From Mobula hypostoma (lineage: Eukaryota): DNA of 64,000 nucleotides. The notes beneath the pieces were generated by a model that saw only the letters and a program-made list of their open reading frames with translations, was not told the origin of the DNA and did not search any database. Where the stretch lies: NCBI RefSeq assembly GCF_963921235.1, contig NC_086097.1, positions 207,206,001-207,270,000 of the forward strand. Direction: 5' to 3'. The translations under genes were made by a program, and so were the position numbers. Numbering within the stretch: position 1 is the stretch's first letter; every line of letters starts with the position of its first letter. Shown one piece after another: positions 11,040 to 24,899 of the stretch.

Positions 11040-13840
11040 AAATTTCTTAAATGCATTTATTTTAATGCTAGGAGCGTTGTAAGAAAGATGGATGAGCTTA
11101 GAGCATGGATTGATACCTGGAAGTATGATGTTGTAGCTATTAGTGAAACATGGTTGCAGCAGGGGTGTGATTGGCAAGTAAATATTCCTGGATTTCGTTG
11201 CTTCAGGTGTGATAGAATCGGAGGGACAAGAGAGGAAGGTGTTGCATTGCTTGTCAGAGAAAATATTACAGCGGTGCTCTGGCAGGATAGAGTAGAGGGC
11301 TCCTCTAGGGAGGCTATTTGGGTGGAATTGAGGAATGGTAAAGGTGTAGTAACACTCATAGGGGTGTATTATAGACCACCTAATGGGGAAAGAGAATTGG
11401 AGGAGCAGATCTGTCAGGAGATAGCAGATATTTGTAGTAAGCACAAGGTTGTCATTGTAGAAGATTTTAATTTTCCACACATAGACTGGGAAGTCCATTC
11501 TGTAAAAGGGCTGGATGGTTTGGAGTTTGTAAAATGTGTGCAAGATAGTTTTTGCAGCAATACATAGAGCTACCAACTAGAGAAGTGGCAGTGTTCGATC
11601 TCCTGTTAGGGAATGAGATACGTCAGGTGACGGAGGTATGTGTTGGGGAGCACTTCGGGTCCAGTGATCACAATGCCATTAGTTTCAATATAATTATGGA
11701 GAAAAATAGGTCTGGACCCAGGTTTGAGATTTTTGATTGGAGAAAGGCTAACTTTAAGGAGATACAAAAGGATTTAGGAGTGGATTGAGAGAAATTGTTT
11801 CATGGGAAGGATGTAATAGAGAAATGGAGGTAATTTAAAGATTCTGAGGGTACAGAATCTTTATATTCCTGGTAGGTTGAAAGGAAAGGTTAAAAGTTTG
11901 AGAGAGCCATGGTTTTGAAGGAATATTGGAAACTTGGTTCAGAAAAAGAGAGATATCTGCAATAAATATAGGCAACATGGAGTAAATGAGGTGCTTGAGG
12001 AATATAAAGAATGTAAAAAGAATCTTAAGAAAGAAATTAGAAAAGCTAAAAGAAGATATGAGGTTGCTTTGGCAAGTAAGGTGAAAATAAATCTAAAGGG
12101 TTTCTACAGTTATATTAATAGCAAAAGGATAGTGAGGGATAACATTGGTCCCTTAGAGAATCAGAGTGGACAGCTATGTGTGGAACCAAAAGAGATGGGG
12201 GAGATTTTGTACAATTTCTTTTCTTTGATATTCATTAAGGAGAAGGATATTTTGATTGTGTAAGGTAAGGGAAACAGGTCGGGAAGTAATGGAAATTATG
12301 ATGGTTAAAGAAGAGAAAGTACTGGAGCTTTTAAGGAATATAAAAGTGGATAAGTCTCCAGGTCCTGACAGGATATTCCCTAGGACCTTGAAGGAAGTTA
12401 GTGTGGAAATAGCAGGGGCTCTGACAGAAATATTTCAAATGTCATTAGAAACAGGGATGGTCCCGGAGGATTGGCATATTGCTCATGTTGTTCCATTGTT
12501 TAAAAAGGGTTCTAAGAGTAAACCTAGCCATTATCAGCCTGTGAGTTTGACGTCAGTGGTGGGTAAATTGATGGAAGGTATTCTTAGAGATGGTATATAT
12601 AATTATCTGGATAGACAGGGCCTGGTTAGGAACAGTCAACATGGATTTGTGCATGAAAGGTCATGTTTGACAAATCTTATTGAATTTTTTGAAGCAGTTA
12701 CTAGGAAAGTTGACAAGGGTAAAGTGGTGGATGTTGTCTATATGGACGTCAGTAAGGCATTTGACAAGGTTCCACATGGAAGGTTAGATAGGGAGGTTCA
12801 ATTGTTAGGTATTAATATTGAAGGAGTAAAATGGATTCAGCAGTGGCTGGATGGGAGATGCCAGAGAGTAGTGATGGATAACTGTTTGTCAGATTGGAGG
12901 CCGGTGACTTGTGGTATGCCTCAGAGATCTGTACTGGGTCCAGTGCTGTTTGTCATATACATTAATGATCAGGATGATGGGGTGGTAAATTGGATGAGTA
13001 AGTATGCAGATGATACTAAGATAAGTGGTGTTGTGGATAATGAAGTAGGTATTCAAAGCTTGCAGAGAGATTTAGGCCAGTTAGAAGAGTGGGCTGAAAG
13101 ATGGCAGATGGAGTTTAATGCTGATAAGTGTGAGGTGCTACATTTTGGTGGGACTAATCAAAATAGGACATACATAGTAAATTGTAGGGCATTGAAGAAT
13201 GCAGTAGAACAGAGGGATCTAGGAATAATGATGCATAGTTCCCTGAAGGTGGAATTTCATGTAGATAGGGTAGTGGAGAAAGCTTTTGGTATGCTGGCCT
13301 TTATAAATCAGAGCATTGTGTATAGGAGTTGGGATGTAATGTTAAAATTGTACAAGGCATTGGTAAGGCCAAATTTGGAGTATTGTGTACAGTTCTGGTC
13401 ACCGAATTATTGGAAAGATGTCAACAAAATAGAGAGTACAGAGAAGATTTACTAGAATGTTACCTGGGTTTCAGCACCTAAGTTACAGAGAAAGGTTGAA
13501 CAAGTTGGGTCTTTATTCTTTGGAGCGTAGAAGGTTGAGAGGGGACTTAATAGAGGTATTTAAAATTATGAGGGGGTAGATAAAGTTGACATGAATAGGC
13601 TTTTTCCATTGAGAGTAGGGGAGATTCACATAAGAGGACATGAGTTGAGAGTTAAGGGGAAAAGTTTAGGGGTAACATGAGGGGGAACTTCTTTACTCAG
13701 AGTGGTAGCTGTGTGTAACGAGCTTCCAGCAGAAGTGGTCAGGGCAGGTTCGATATTGTCATTTAAAGTAAAATTGGATAGCCATATGGACAGGAAAGGA
13801 ATGGAGGGTTATGGACTGAGTGCAGATCAGTGGGACTAGG
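11040..13840 (+). pseudogene. CR1 ORF2: AP endonuclease plus reverse transcriptase, frameshifted
   Basis: [71 protein letters not shown]. Confidence 0.95.
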
Positions 13841-13918
13841 TGAGAGTAAGCGTTTGGCACGGACTAGAAGGGCCGAGATGGCCTGTGTCCGTGCTGTAAT
13901 TGTTATATGGTTATATGG

Positions 13919-15360
13919 TTATACCAGTGCCTAGAAAGAATAATGTGTGCTGCCTTAATGACTATCACCCGGTAGTACTCACTACAACAGCGCTGAAATG
14001 CTTTGAGAGGTTGGTCATGACTAGACTGAACTCCTGCCTCAGCAATGACTTGGACCCATTGCAATTTGTCTATCACCGCAATATGTCAATGGCAGACACC
14101 ATCTCAATGGCTCTCCACATGGCCTTAGATCACCTGGACAACACAAACACCTACATCAGGATGCTGTTCATCGACTATAACTCAGCATTTAATTCCATCG
14201 TTCCCACAATCCTGATTGAGAAGTTGCAGAACCTGGGCCTCTGTACCTCCCTCTGCAATTGGATCCTTGACTTCCTAACTGGAGGACCACAATCTGTGCG
14301 GATTTGTGATAACATATCATCCTCTCTGACGATCAACACTGGTGCACCTCATGGGTGTGTGCTTAGCCCATTGCTCTACTCTCTATATACACATGACTGT
14401 GTGGCTACGCATAGCTCAAATACCAGCTATAAATTTGCTGATAATGCAAACATTGTTGGTAGAAACTCAGGTGGTGACAAGAGGGTGTACAGGAATAAGT
14501 TATGCCAACTAGTGGAGTGGTGCCACAGCAACAACCTGGCACTCCACCTCAGTAAGATGAAAGAGCTGATTATGGACTTCAGGAAGGGTAAGATGAAGGG
14601 ACACATACAAATCCTCATAGACGGATCAGAAGTGGAGAGATTGAACAGCTGCTCAATTGTGTTGTCCAGGTGATCAAGTTCCTGGGTATCAGGATCTCTG
14701 AGGATCTAACCTGTTCCCAACATATCGATGTAGTCATAAAGAAGGCAAGAAGCAGCTCTACTTTATTAGGAGTTTGAAGAGATTTGGCATGTCAACAGAT
14801 ACACTCAAAAACTTCTATAGTTGTACCGTGGAGAGCATTCTGACAGGCTGCATCACTGTCTGGTATGGAGGAGCTACTGCACAGGACCAGAAGAAGCTGC
14901 AGGAGTTTGTAAATCTAGTCAGCTCCACCTTGGGAACCAGCCTAAAAGTACCCAGGACATCTTTAGTGAGCGGTGTCTCAGAAAGGCAGTGCCCATATTA
15001 TAGACCTCCAGCACCCAGGGCATGCCCTTTTCTCACTGTTATCATCAGGTAGGAGGTACAGAAGCCTGAAGCCACACACTCAGCGATTCAGGAACAGCTT
15101 CTTCCCCTCTGCCATCCGATTCATAAATGGACATTGAAGCTTTGGACAATACCTCACATTTTTTTTAACATACAGTATTTCTGTTTTTGCACATTTTTTA
15201 AAAATCTAGTCAATAAATGTAATTGATTTACTTGTTTATCTATTTTTCTTTATTTATTATGTTTTTTTAATTGTGTTTATTATTATTGTATTTATTATTA
15301 TTATATTTGTTCTCTGCTGGATTACGTATTGCATTGAACTGCTGCTGCTAAATTAACAAA
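13919..15360 (+). mobile_element. Rex1/Babar-type LINE, 3' part (RT plus 3' UTR)
   Basis: ORF 13900-14673: [58 protein letters not shown]; also ESILTGCITVWYG. Confidence 0.92.
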
Positions 15361-15479
15361 CGTGAAGAGCTAATCCCTGGTGCTGTCAGTATGGCACTCC
15401 CATATTCTCCTCTTGATTGCGTGGGCATCCCCTTTTCCAAAATCAGCTTGATTATCAGGTATATTTTCTCTGAGGATTG

Positions 15480-15790
15480 TCACCTTGTTGTGATGGCGGG
15501 GGGGGGGGGTTGCCTGTGAGTTCCTGAAATCCTGAGAGTAATGTCATCAGGAGTTTAACTTCTGGTATGGTTAACTCCATGGCGGTAAGGTGAAAGAGGA
15601 GGTTCCAGAAAAAGAGTGCTCCAAACAAGTCCTCAACAGTGGAGCTAGCAGAAGATAATGACACATCACAACAGCAGTGAAGACTGAGGAAGGCTGCAGC
15701 AGTAAATGGTCCCCAGTTGTCTTGCACTCCATGACCTCAACCTGTCAAAATCTGTGTGGTGGCTGCTTGTGCTTCAGTCATGCACAGGCA
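15480..15790 (+). mobile_element. Probable RTE-clade (Rex3/Expander-like) 5' region remnant
   Basis: CCTGAGAG...CTGGTATGGTTAACTCCATGGCGGTAAGGTGAAAGAGGAGGTTCCAGA resembles fish RTE 5' UTRs; recognised from memory only. Confidence 0.4.
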
Positions 15791-16619
15791 TTCTCCATTG
15801 AGGGATCCACCCACTGTAAATTAGCCATAATATAGGAACAATTGGGCTGAGTTTATTAATCGGCAGCAATGAGGAAATAGATTACAATATAATAAATGGA
15901 AGAATAGTATTGATGGGATTGCTAGGAGAATTAAATCTGAACTTGATGAGTTGAATGACCATTTGGGTCACAAAGAAAAATATTAATTAATCTTGAGCTA
16001 CATGGGTTGGGTAGACTGCCACCACAATGATGGGTCTGGGATTAGAGTGGATAAGGAGGTCACTGAACCGTAAAAGTTTCTGCAATAATTCAGCAGCTTT
16101 GTGACTATCATGAACGATAACCATCCTTTTGAAAAGATTATGAACTGAACTTTAATTCCACAGTGGCTAAAGGAGGATTTGAACTTGAGTATTTTTGTAG
16201 TAAATAGAGAACTTTGGATTGCTAGTTTAGTCATTAACCTCTGCACCACCATCAATAATCTAGCTCAAGAGTGATAGTTCTATCGGTTATTTGCGAATGC
16301 AAACAGCCATATAAAAGCATAAAGACTGCAGGCAAGGACTTAGAGAGGGGTTGCTTAAGGCTGGATATATTTACTTACAAACAGATTTCTGAAGTCCACC
16401 AGCACAGCCAACTCAAATCAACCAATTAAGTATATAAAACTAAAACTAAATTTGCACGTTTAGATAATACTATTTAAAATAGCCTTGATCTTTAATGTGA
16501 CATAAAAATAAACCGAATATAGTTCTTTAGTATGTTGGACATGAAAGTAAGTGGACATGCTGATGATTATGAGGAAAAAATAAGTTATGAATAATTTATT
16601 ATGCAAAGAATTACCTATT

Positions 16620-16850
16620 TCATTTATTTATTTACGTGTTTCGAGCAAAATTGGCCCTTCTAGGCCTTCAAGCAGTGCTGCCCAGCAATTCCACAAATTT
16701 AATCCTAGCATAATCACAGGACAATCTACAATGACCAATTAACCTACCAACCAGTATGTCTTTGGACTGTGGGAGGAAACTGGAGTAGCGGCAGTGGCGG
16801 GAATCACTGGGAATGTAAAGCTTTGTGTTAACAACTACATTACCGTGTCA
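16620..16850 (-). mobile_element. tRNA-derived SINE (V-SINE/HE1-like), internally deleted
   Basis: The minus strand has an A-box-like CACGGTAATGTAGTTGTTAACAC, the V-domain CTCCAGTTTCCTCCCACAGTCCAAAGAC, and a CR1-like 3' end with a (TAAA)n tail. Confidence 0.75.
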
Positions 16851-17189
16851 TCCCCCTCAATCACCAGAACACATCACCAAGGAGAGTCACTGTAAACACT
16901 GGGTCTGCAATTTGCAAGTAAGTAATCACACATTATACTTTCAGGAGATCTTCGCTGAGCTTGGCAAACTTTTTATGATTAATGGCAGAATCTTTGTTTG
17001 CAATGGAGTAATACTCCACCTTTAATTTCCATCAGATTGAAGTCCACTGGAAGAGAGCATGAGGGCTGGTACCTGGAACTGCCTTGAATGATTCTACACA
17101 TGATTCTATGGATCCCATTGTGAAAAATAATCTATGGAAGTAAAACATCTGTAGTGTTCAGATGTTATTTATATCTATTCTTGTTGCGC

Positions 17190-18265
17190 AGTCATAGTCT
17201 CAGAGTTATACAGCACAGAATTGGGCCTTGGGCCCACACATACAGTATTTTCCAACTTTTGCCCACCTACATTAATCATATTTGCTTGCATTGGATCCAT
17301 AATCTTCTATGTCTTGTCTCACCAATATGCACCTTAAATGTAGGGATTAAATCTGACTAAACCACCTCCTCCGGCAGCACATTCAAAATAACAGCCACTG
17401 CTCTTTCTCCATCCATTTCAGCAATTGTTCTACATCTTGGTGCATCCTTTGGTGATCAGCTACACTATCTTTGTGTTATCTGTATGCTTACTCAGTAAGT
17501 TATCCACATTTTCATCCACGTCATTTATATATCACAAACAGCAAAGGTCCCAGCATGGATCCCTGCAGAAAACCACTAACCATGGATCTCCAGCAAGAAT
17601 AAGGCCTGTCAACCAATACCTAAAATACCTAATGTCTTCAATGGATAAGCCAATGTTCAATCCAAATGGTAAAGTCACCAAAGAACCCGATCTGGGCCGT
17701 ACCCTCCAAATATCCAGACCTGCCTCTCGGTTTTTTTGCACTACCTTATTTTCCCTTCTCTGTTTTCTATTTATGATTTATAATTTTAATTTTTATTATA
17801 TTTACTAACGATTTGTACTCCAGGGAGCGCAAAGCGCAGAATCAAATATTGCTTTGATGATTGTAAGCTCTAGTATCAATTGTTTGGCGACAATAAAGTA
17901 ATAAAGTAAAGAAGCATCCGCCTTAATGTTCTGAATGAATCATTCATGAGGAACCTTTTCAAACACTTTACTCAAATCTATGGGACAACATTCTCTGATC
18001 TAATTTGATTGATCATCTTTATAACCTGCTCAAAAATCTCAATCAAATCAGTAAGACGTGATCTTCCCCACAGAGTGATATTGACTGTTTCTAATTCCCT
18101 AGCTTTCTCAAATGCTCATAAATACTACTGTTAAGAATCCTTTCACAAAGTTTCCCTACCACCGATGTAAGACTCACAGGTCTTTAATTTCCATGATTAT
18201 CCCTACTGGCTTTCTTGAACAAAGCAATAATATTCGCCACTCAGCAGTTCTTCGGGAAATCCAAC
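17190..18265 (-). mobile_element. Degenerate CR1 fragments, with a plus-strand LINE 3' tail inserted at about 17681-17910
   Basis: Minus-strand RT remnants (GSMLGPLLFVIYINDVDENVD-like). The insert ends CAATAAAGTAATAAAGTAAAG. Confidence 0.6.
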
Positions 18266-18279
18266 ACCATCTGTTTCTT

Positions 18280-21185
18280 CATCTCTTGAAATTTAATACG
18301 GAGAAAGAAAAGACTGATGTAGCAGTATTTCAGTGGAGTAAGGGAAATTACAGTGTATGAAAGAGGAGTTGCCAAAGTAAATTGGAAGGAGCTCCTGGCA
18401 GGAATATCAGCAGAACAGCAATGGCATGCGTTTCTGGGAAAAATGAGGAAGGTACAGGACATATGCATTGGGCATGAAGAAATACTCAAATGGTAAAATA
18501 GCACAACCGTGGCTGACAAGGGAAGTCAAACCTATTGTAAGCAAAAGAAAGGGCATACAACAAAGCAAAAATTAGTGGGAAGATAGAGCAACTAAAAAAA
18601 ATCATTAGAAGGGAAAAGATGAAATATGAAAGCAAGCTAGCAAAAAAGATCAAAGTGGATAGTAAACGTTTTTTCAAGTATGTTAAAAATAAAAGAGAAA
18701 TGAGAGTGGATATAGGACAGCTATATAATAAGGCAGGAGAAATAATAACAGGGGACAAGGAGATGGCTTATGAACTAAATTATTTTGCACCAGTCTTCAC
18801 TGTGGATGACATTAGCAGTATGCCTGATGTTGAAGTGTGTGAAGGAATAGAAGTGGGTGCAGTTACAGTTACAAGAGAGAAAGCACTCAAAAAACTGAAA
18901 GATATAAAGGTACGTAAGTCACCCGGACTAGATGAACTGCACCCTAGGGTTCTGAAAGAGGTAGCATTAGAGATTGTGATGACATTAGATATGATCTTTC
19001 AAAAAAATCATCGGACTCTCATGGTGCCAGAGGACTGGAAAATTGCAAATGCCACTCTACTCTTTAAGAAAAGGAAATTATAGACCAGTTAGTCTGACCT
19101 CAGTGATTGGGAAGATGTTAGAGTCAATTGTTAAGGATGAGTTGATGGAGTACTTGGAGACAAAGGACAAGATAGTACAAAGTCACCGTGGTTTCCTTCA
19201 GGGAAAATCTTGCCTAATGAACCTGCTGGAATTCTTAGAGGACATTACAAACAGGATAGATAAAGGGGATGCTGCTTTCTGCAGGTATCGCTCCCTATGC
19301 GACATCCTTTTCCATTCGTCCCCCCCATCCCTTCCCACTGATCTCCTTCCCGGCACTTATCCTTGTAAGTGGAACAAGTGCTACACATGCCCTTACACTT
19401 CCTCCCTCACCACCATTCAGGGCCCCAGACAGTCCTTCCAGGTGAGGCAACACTTCATCTGTGAGTCGGCTGGGGTGATATACTGTGTCGGTGCTCCCGG
19501 TGCAGCCTTCTATACATTGGCGAGACCCGACACAGTCTGGGAGACCGTTTCTCTGAACACCTATGCTCTGTCCACCAGAGAAAACAGGATCTCCTAGTGG
19601 CAACACATTTTAATTCCACATCCCATTTCCATTCTGATATGCCCATGACCTCCTCTACTGTCAAGATGAAGCCACACTCAGGTTGGAGGAACAATACCTT
19701 ATATTCCATCTGGGTAGCCTCCAACCTGATGGCATGAACATCGACTTCTCTAACTTCCGTTAATGCCCCTCCTCCCGTACTTACCCCACCCCTTATTTAT
19801 TTATTTATTTCTCCTTCCTCCTCCTCCCCCCCCCCTCTTTTTTCTCTCTCTGTCCCTCTCACAATAACTCCTTGCCTGCTCTCCATCATCCTCTGGTGCT
19901 CCCCTCCCCCTTTCTTTCTCCCTAGGCCTCCTGTCCCATGATCCTCTCATATCCCTTTTTCCAATCAACTTTCCAGCTCTTGGCTCCATCCCTCCCCCTC
20001 CTGTCTTCTCCTGTCATTTCGGATCTCCCCCTCCCCCCCACTTTCAAATCTCTTACTAACTCTTCTTTCAGTTAGTCCTGACGAAGGGTCTCGGCCTGAA
20101 ACATCGACTGTACCGCTTCCTAGAGATGCTGCCTGGTCTGCTGCGTTCACCAGCAACTTTGATGTGTGTTGCTTAAATTTCCAGCATCTGCAGAATTCCT
20201 TGTGAATGATGGAATAGATGGCTTTGTTGCCAAGTTTACAGATGATACGAAGATTGGTGGAGGGATAAGTAGTGTTGAGAAAACAAGTAGGATGCAGAAG
20301 GACTTAGACTGGTTAGGAGAATGGGCAAGAAAGTAGTAAATGAAATACTTTGTTGCAAAGTGCATGGTCATGAACATTGGTTGTAGAAATAAACGTCCTG
20401 ACTATTTTCTAAACAGGGAGAAAATTCAAAAATCTGAAATGCAAAGGGACAAAGGGACTTGGGAGTCCTTGTGCAGAACACCCTAAAGGTTAACTTGCAG
20501 GTTGAGTCATTGCGAGGAAGGCAAATGCCATGTTAACATTCATTTTAAGAGGTCTAGAATACAAAAGCAAGGATGTGATGTTAAGTCTTTATGAGGCACT
20601 GGTGAGGCCTCACCTTGAGTATAGTGAACAGTTTTGGGCATCGCTTCTTAGAAAAGATGCGCTGGTATTGGAAAGGTTCCAGAGGATGTTCAACAGGATG
20701 ATTCCAGGAATGAAAGGGTTATCTTACGAGAACCGTTTGATGGCTCTGGGTCTGTACTCACTGGAATTCAGAAGGATGAGAGGGAATCTCATTGAAACCT
20801 TTCAAATGTTGAAAGGCCTAGACAGAGTATATGTGGAAAGAATATTTCCCATGGTGGGAGAGTTTAGGACAAGAGAGCACAGCCTCAGGATAGAGGGGCA
20901 CCCTTTCAAAACAGAGATGCAGAGAAATTTCTTTAGCCGAAGGGTGGTGGATTTGTAGAATTTGTTGCCATATGCAGCTGTGGAGGCCAGGTCATTGGGT
21001 GTATTTAAGGCAGAGATTCATAGGATCTTGATTGGACATGGCATCAAAGGTTGTGGGGAGAAGGCCGGGAACTGGGGTTGAGGAGGAGAAAAAGAAAGGA
21101 TCAGCCATGATTGAATGGTGGAGCAGTCTCGATGGCCCAGATTGCCTAATTCTGCTCTTATGTCTTAAGGTTCTATGGTCTTATG
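18280..21185 (+). mobile_element. 5'-truncated CR1 (different subfamily), interrupted by a Penelope fragment
   Basis: KSPGLDELHPRVLKE, NYRPVSLTSV, SCLMNLLEF; resumes DGFVAKFTDD; LVRPHLEY; tail (TTATGGTC)-like. Confidence 0.9.
19272..20204 (+). mobile_element. 5'-truncated Penelope-like element (GIY-YIG end plus pLTR with hammerhead motif at 20073-20110)
   Basis: PGTYPCKWNKCYTCPYT...FICESAGVIYC, near-identical to the C-terminus of 33450-35048. The pLTR ends CTGCAGAATTCC. Confidence 0.93.
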
Positions 21186-21504
21186 GAAATCTCAGTTACC
21201 TGGCCAGGTTTATTCCCAAAATGAGGTCCAGTAGGACTCCTCCTCCACTTGGACTATCACATACATTTTTTAATGAAACTTTCTTGTATGCATCTAACAA
21301 ATTCTACCCTATCTAACCTTCTTGTACTGAAAATATCCAGGTTTATATTGTGGAAGTTGAAGCCACCCACTATGACAACCATGCTAATTGTATCATTCCT
21401 TAATCTGTTGCAAATCAGTTCTGCAATGCCCCAGTGGCTTTCAGGGAGTCTATAGTAAATCTCATCAGAGTGGTTGCCCCTTTCTTTTTAGTTTGACCTA
21501 CATA

Positions 21505-22225
21505 GACTCAGTGGACAGGAGTTACAGAAGCCTGAAGTCCCATATCACCAGGTTGAAGTGCAATTATTTCCCTTCAATCTCTGGGTTCTTGAACCAACCA
21601 GTAAAACCCCAATCATTATAGTTTGGCAATACTTCGACCACTTTGCACTAAAATTAATAGTTCGTTTTGTTCTAATTGTCTTTTCTGTACAAATTGTGTA
21701 AAATTTATGTTTAATTTAAGCAACACCTTATATTCCGTCTGGGTAGCCTCCAACCTGATGGCATGAATATCGATTTCTCCTTCCGGTAAGCAAATTCTAC
21801 CCCCCTTCCTCTATTCCATACTCTGACCTTTTACTTCTTCCTACCTGCCTATTACTTCCCCTTGAATCCACTCCTCCTTCAATTTCTCCCATATCCACTC
21901 TCCTCTCCTATCAGATTCTTTTTTCTCCAGCCCTTGACCCTTCCCACTCACCTGGCTTCACCTATTATCTTCCAACTAGCCTCATTCCCTTTTCCCCACT
22001 TTTTTATTCTGGCATCTTCTCCCTTCCTTCTCAGTCCTGAATGACGATCTTGGCCCGAAACATTGACTGTTTATTTGTTTCTATAGATGCTGCCTGACCT
22101 GCTGAGATTCTCCAGCATTTTGTATGTGATGTTCGGTTTCTGTTTTTCTTGTGAATGCTTCCCTTTTTGATGTTACCTGTGATTTTGCTGCAAGTTTTTC
22201 ATTGTACCTTTACATACATGTTTCT
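21505..22225 (+). mobile_element. Rex1-type 3' end containing a second-family Penelope 3' fragment (about 21720-22130)
   Basis: TACAGAAGCCTGAAGTCC Rex-type end. The insert begins QHLIFRLGSLQPDGMNIDF and ends with a degenerate hammerhead (22033-22070) and CAGCATTTTGTATGTG. Confidence 0.75.
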
Positions 22226-23504
22226 GAGTTAATAATACCTGCTGCACTGCTACCATACTCCCACCCTCTGCAAATGAGCTTATACTCTCTCCTAAATAGC
22301 ATGAGCAAGTCTCCATATGAAGGTATTGGTCATCCTTCTTATGCCTGTTCCACATGTCTTACAAGAACTCCTGATGATCCAAGTACCGGAAGCCCTTTCC
22401 AGTACATCAGCTCTCTCACTACGCTGTCTTCTGTCCTTTCCTCCAAATTCTACTCTCATCAGCACATAATATTGCCACCTCTAGGCAAGTTTACCACTTC
22501 CACCCAAATATAAAAAATTCCTAGATAGACCAGCCTGAAGCAAAGGAATTAATGGTTAGAATTTCCACCCCATTCTATTACCTAAGGGCCCTGTCCTACC
22601 TATAACCCCTACCCTAATGCATACCCTTCCCTAATGCAATTGAGTGGATCCAGCTTCCACCCTTCTGGAACAGCTTGGGCTACACTGGCTTTAGACCAGA
22701 ATCCAACATGTGCAGGACTTGGCCTTAATTCTGTCTGTCCTAATGTAATCTTACCATAGCACTGAGTACTTCCTTTCAGAACAAAACCAGAAATCACACA
22801 TGTACTCTAGTTTACACAACATTACATAATGTTGTGTTTATTATTGGCTGCAAAAGGAATAGAAAAGTTGCAGGGAAAAAACCAAGACATAAATTGGCAC
22901 CCATTCAAGTGTGGAAGGATTGTTCACTTCTTCAGGAAAAGTTCAAAAACATTAATCCCAAAAAAATTGTTTTGCCATAAATCTACAACTTATAAAACAC
23001 CGGTAACAAAATTATTTTCCAGTGAGATATTTGCTAAATCATCTGTAAATATTCCTACAGAACAAAGTAGTTTTCATGCAGCAGGAAACAACAAGTATCT
23101 TTGACTAATTTCATGAAATCTACAAGCTCAGAAGTTAACCAATTTATCTTAGTCCTCCCTGTGCACAGTGAAGTCCATCAGTGACCCATAAGTTGTTCAT
23201 AAAATTGTGTGCTTCTGAATTTGAATCAATTCAGTTTCAGGGTCTCTTACAAAATCATTATCATTAATATTATCCTACTGCAGCCTGCATGAGATTCTTT
23301 ACAATGCCATGCCTAGGACTTTTCCTTTCTTTGTCTAAGTTAACAGAATACTTGACTTCATAGCAGTATCTCAGGGGTAAATATATGTAACAGAAATCAC
23401 TGATCTCTTCAGTGGCAAGAAAAAAAGAGATAAAAAGAATTCTTATTAAATAACTCAACAGCATCAATGTAAAGGGTGCCATCTGCTGGGCAGCACTGTC
23501 AAAG

Positions 23505-23605
23505 CAAAACACACAAAATGCTGGAGGAACTCAACAGGTCAGGCATCATCCATGGAAATGAAGGAACCCATCACATTTTCGGGCCAAGACATTTTTTCAG
23601 GACAG
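23505..23605 (-). mobile_element. Penelope pLTR terminal fragment
   Basis: ACACACAAAATGCTGGAGGAACTCAACAGGTCAGGCA...TTTCGGGCC...TCAGGAC. Confidence 0.7.
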
Positions 23606-24899
23606 AACAATCACTCAGCCAGATTCTGCAAGGATTAGGAACCATTCAACTCCAATATCTAAGTAAGATTGACCTCTTCCACATTTGAAGCTATAGATTT
23701 GGATGGGAAAGTAGGAATCAGAACTATCTTTTATTCAGCTATTCAAACAGAGTTTCCAAGTTGCTGAAGTCCCAGAGAACTTTTGTTGTAAATTACCTCT
23801 AGAAGTAAAGACATGAGCTGAAGTTAGTATTAGTGATTATATGGAAAACTCAGAAAAGGAATACGTAAAAGAGCATATGTTCTATTTAGTACAGGTACAG
23901 TACTCTACTAAATTTTGCATGATAGATATTGGCACACCTTTTGGTATCATTCTCAAGAAGTGAAAAGAAAACACAGCACTGAGTTGAGAATGACTGTTCT
24001 ATCACTGAAAATTTCTCAGTCCGTGTTATTATACAGGATTTTTCTAATATGTTTTATTCAGTATTTATTCTCAATGATTATTAGACCTTAAAAAGTTCAT
24101 TTGGAAAGTTATTGCATACAACAAGAGAATACAAAGGCAAATAGAAACAAGTCACTAGTATCACACTTCAGACAGGTTAGGATTTATACCTGCTTTGACA
24201 ATTTTCATAGAATTCTTTATGGGATCAGCCAGCATGTCTCATTCATTCACAATGATCAAATATGAGGAACTGATATGCCATGTTCTTGCTACAGGAAGTG
24301 GTTATAGACAATAAAGAAACATTATGATCCTCTTGTGAAATTAAATGGCTGAAGAAACTTCTTGCATAAACATATAAGACTGATTTTTCTTTGTCCCATC
24401 ATATCAACCATCACCAAGAAGTTAATGACCATGATATTGTCTCCTTTTGGGTTGGAACTGGATTTTTCTATGTCTTCCGCAAAGAACAAATTTGGTTACC
24501 AACTCTGACCAACCAACATCTATGCCATTCCATTCTCCCGCCCTAATTCATGCATTCTTGTGTTTAATCCAATCTATGAAGCCTGTGAAGAACACTCTTC
24601 AGCTGATTTTCTATTTACATATCAGATCAGAATATTGCAACCATGGCCTTTGGATTAAATTCTGGCCACTTGCCATTCATATCTTGATCTCTTTTCTCTG
24701 ATGGTAAAGAAGTTCTCAAAAGTTCATGTTGTTCTCCAAAGAAAACAAAATCTTCTTCCGTTATTTATCCCTCAAGACAAAATGTATCTATTCAGCATAA
24801 CAGAACTTGGGTACCCTCTCCATACATCTTTGAGCTATTTTTACATCCCAGAATGCTTCTCTCTAGGGTAAGTCAAGAGATGCACACCAGTTCTCATTG

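Larger units (their letters stand above)
9678..13918 (+). mobile_element. Full-length CR1 LINE (decayed)
   Basis: 5' UTR, ORF1, ORF2 (APE plus RT with YADD), 3' hairpin and (ATATGGTT)n tail. Probable short TSD TTGTAC 9672-9677 / TTATAC 13919-13924. Confidence 0.95.

Noticed and set aside
19043..19597. Apparent CR1 RT-Penelope fusion ORF
   Set aside because: Chance in-frame junction of a nested insertion; both parts are truncated and frameshifted.
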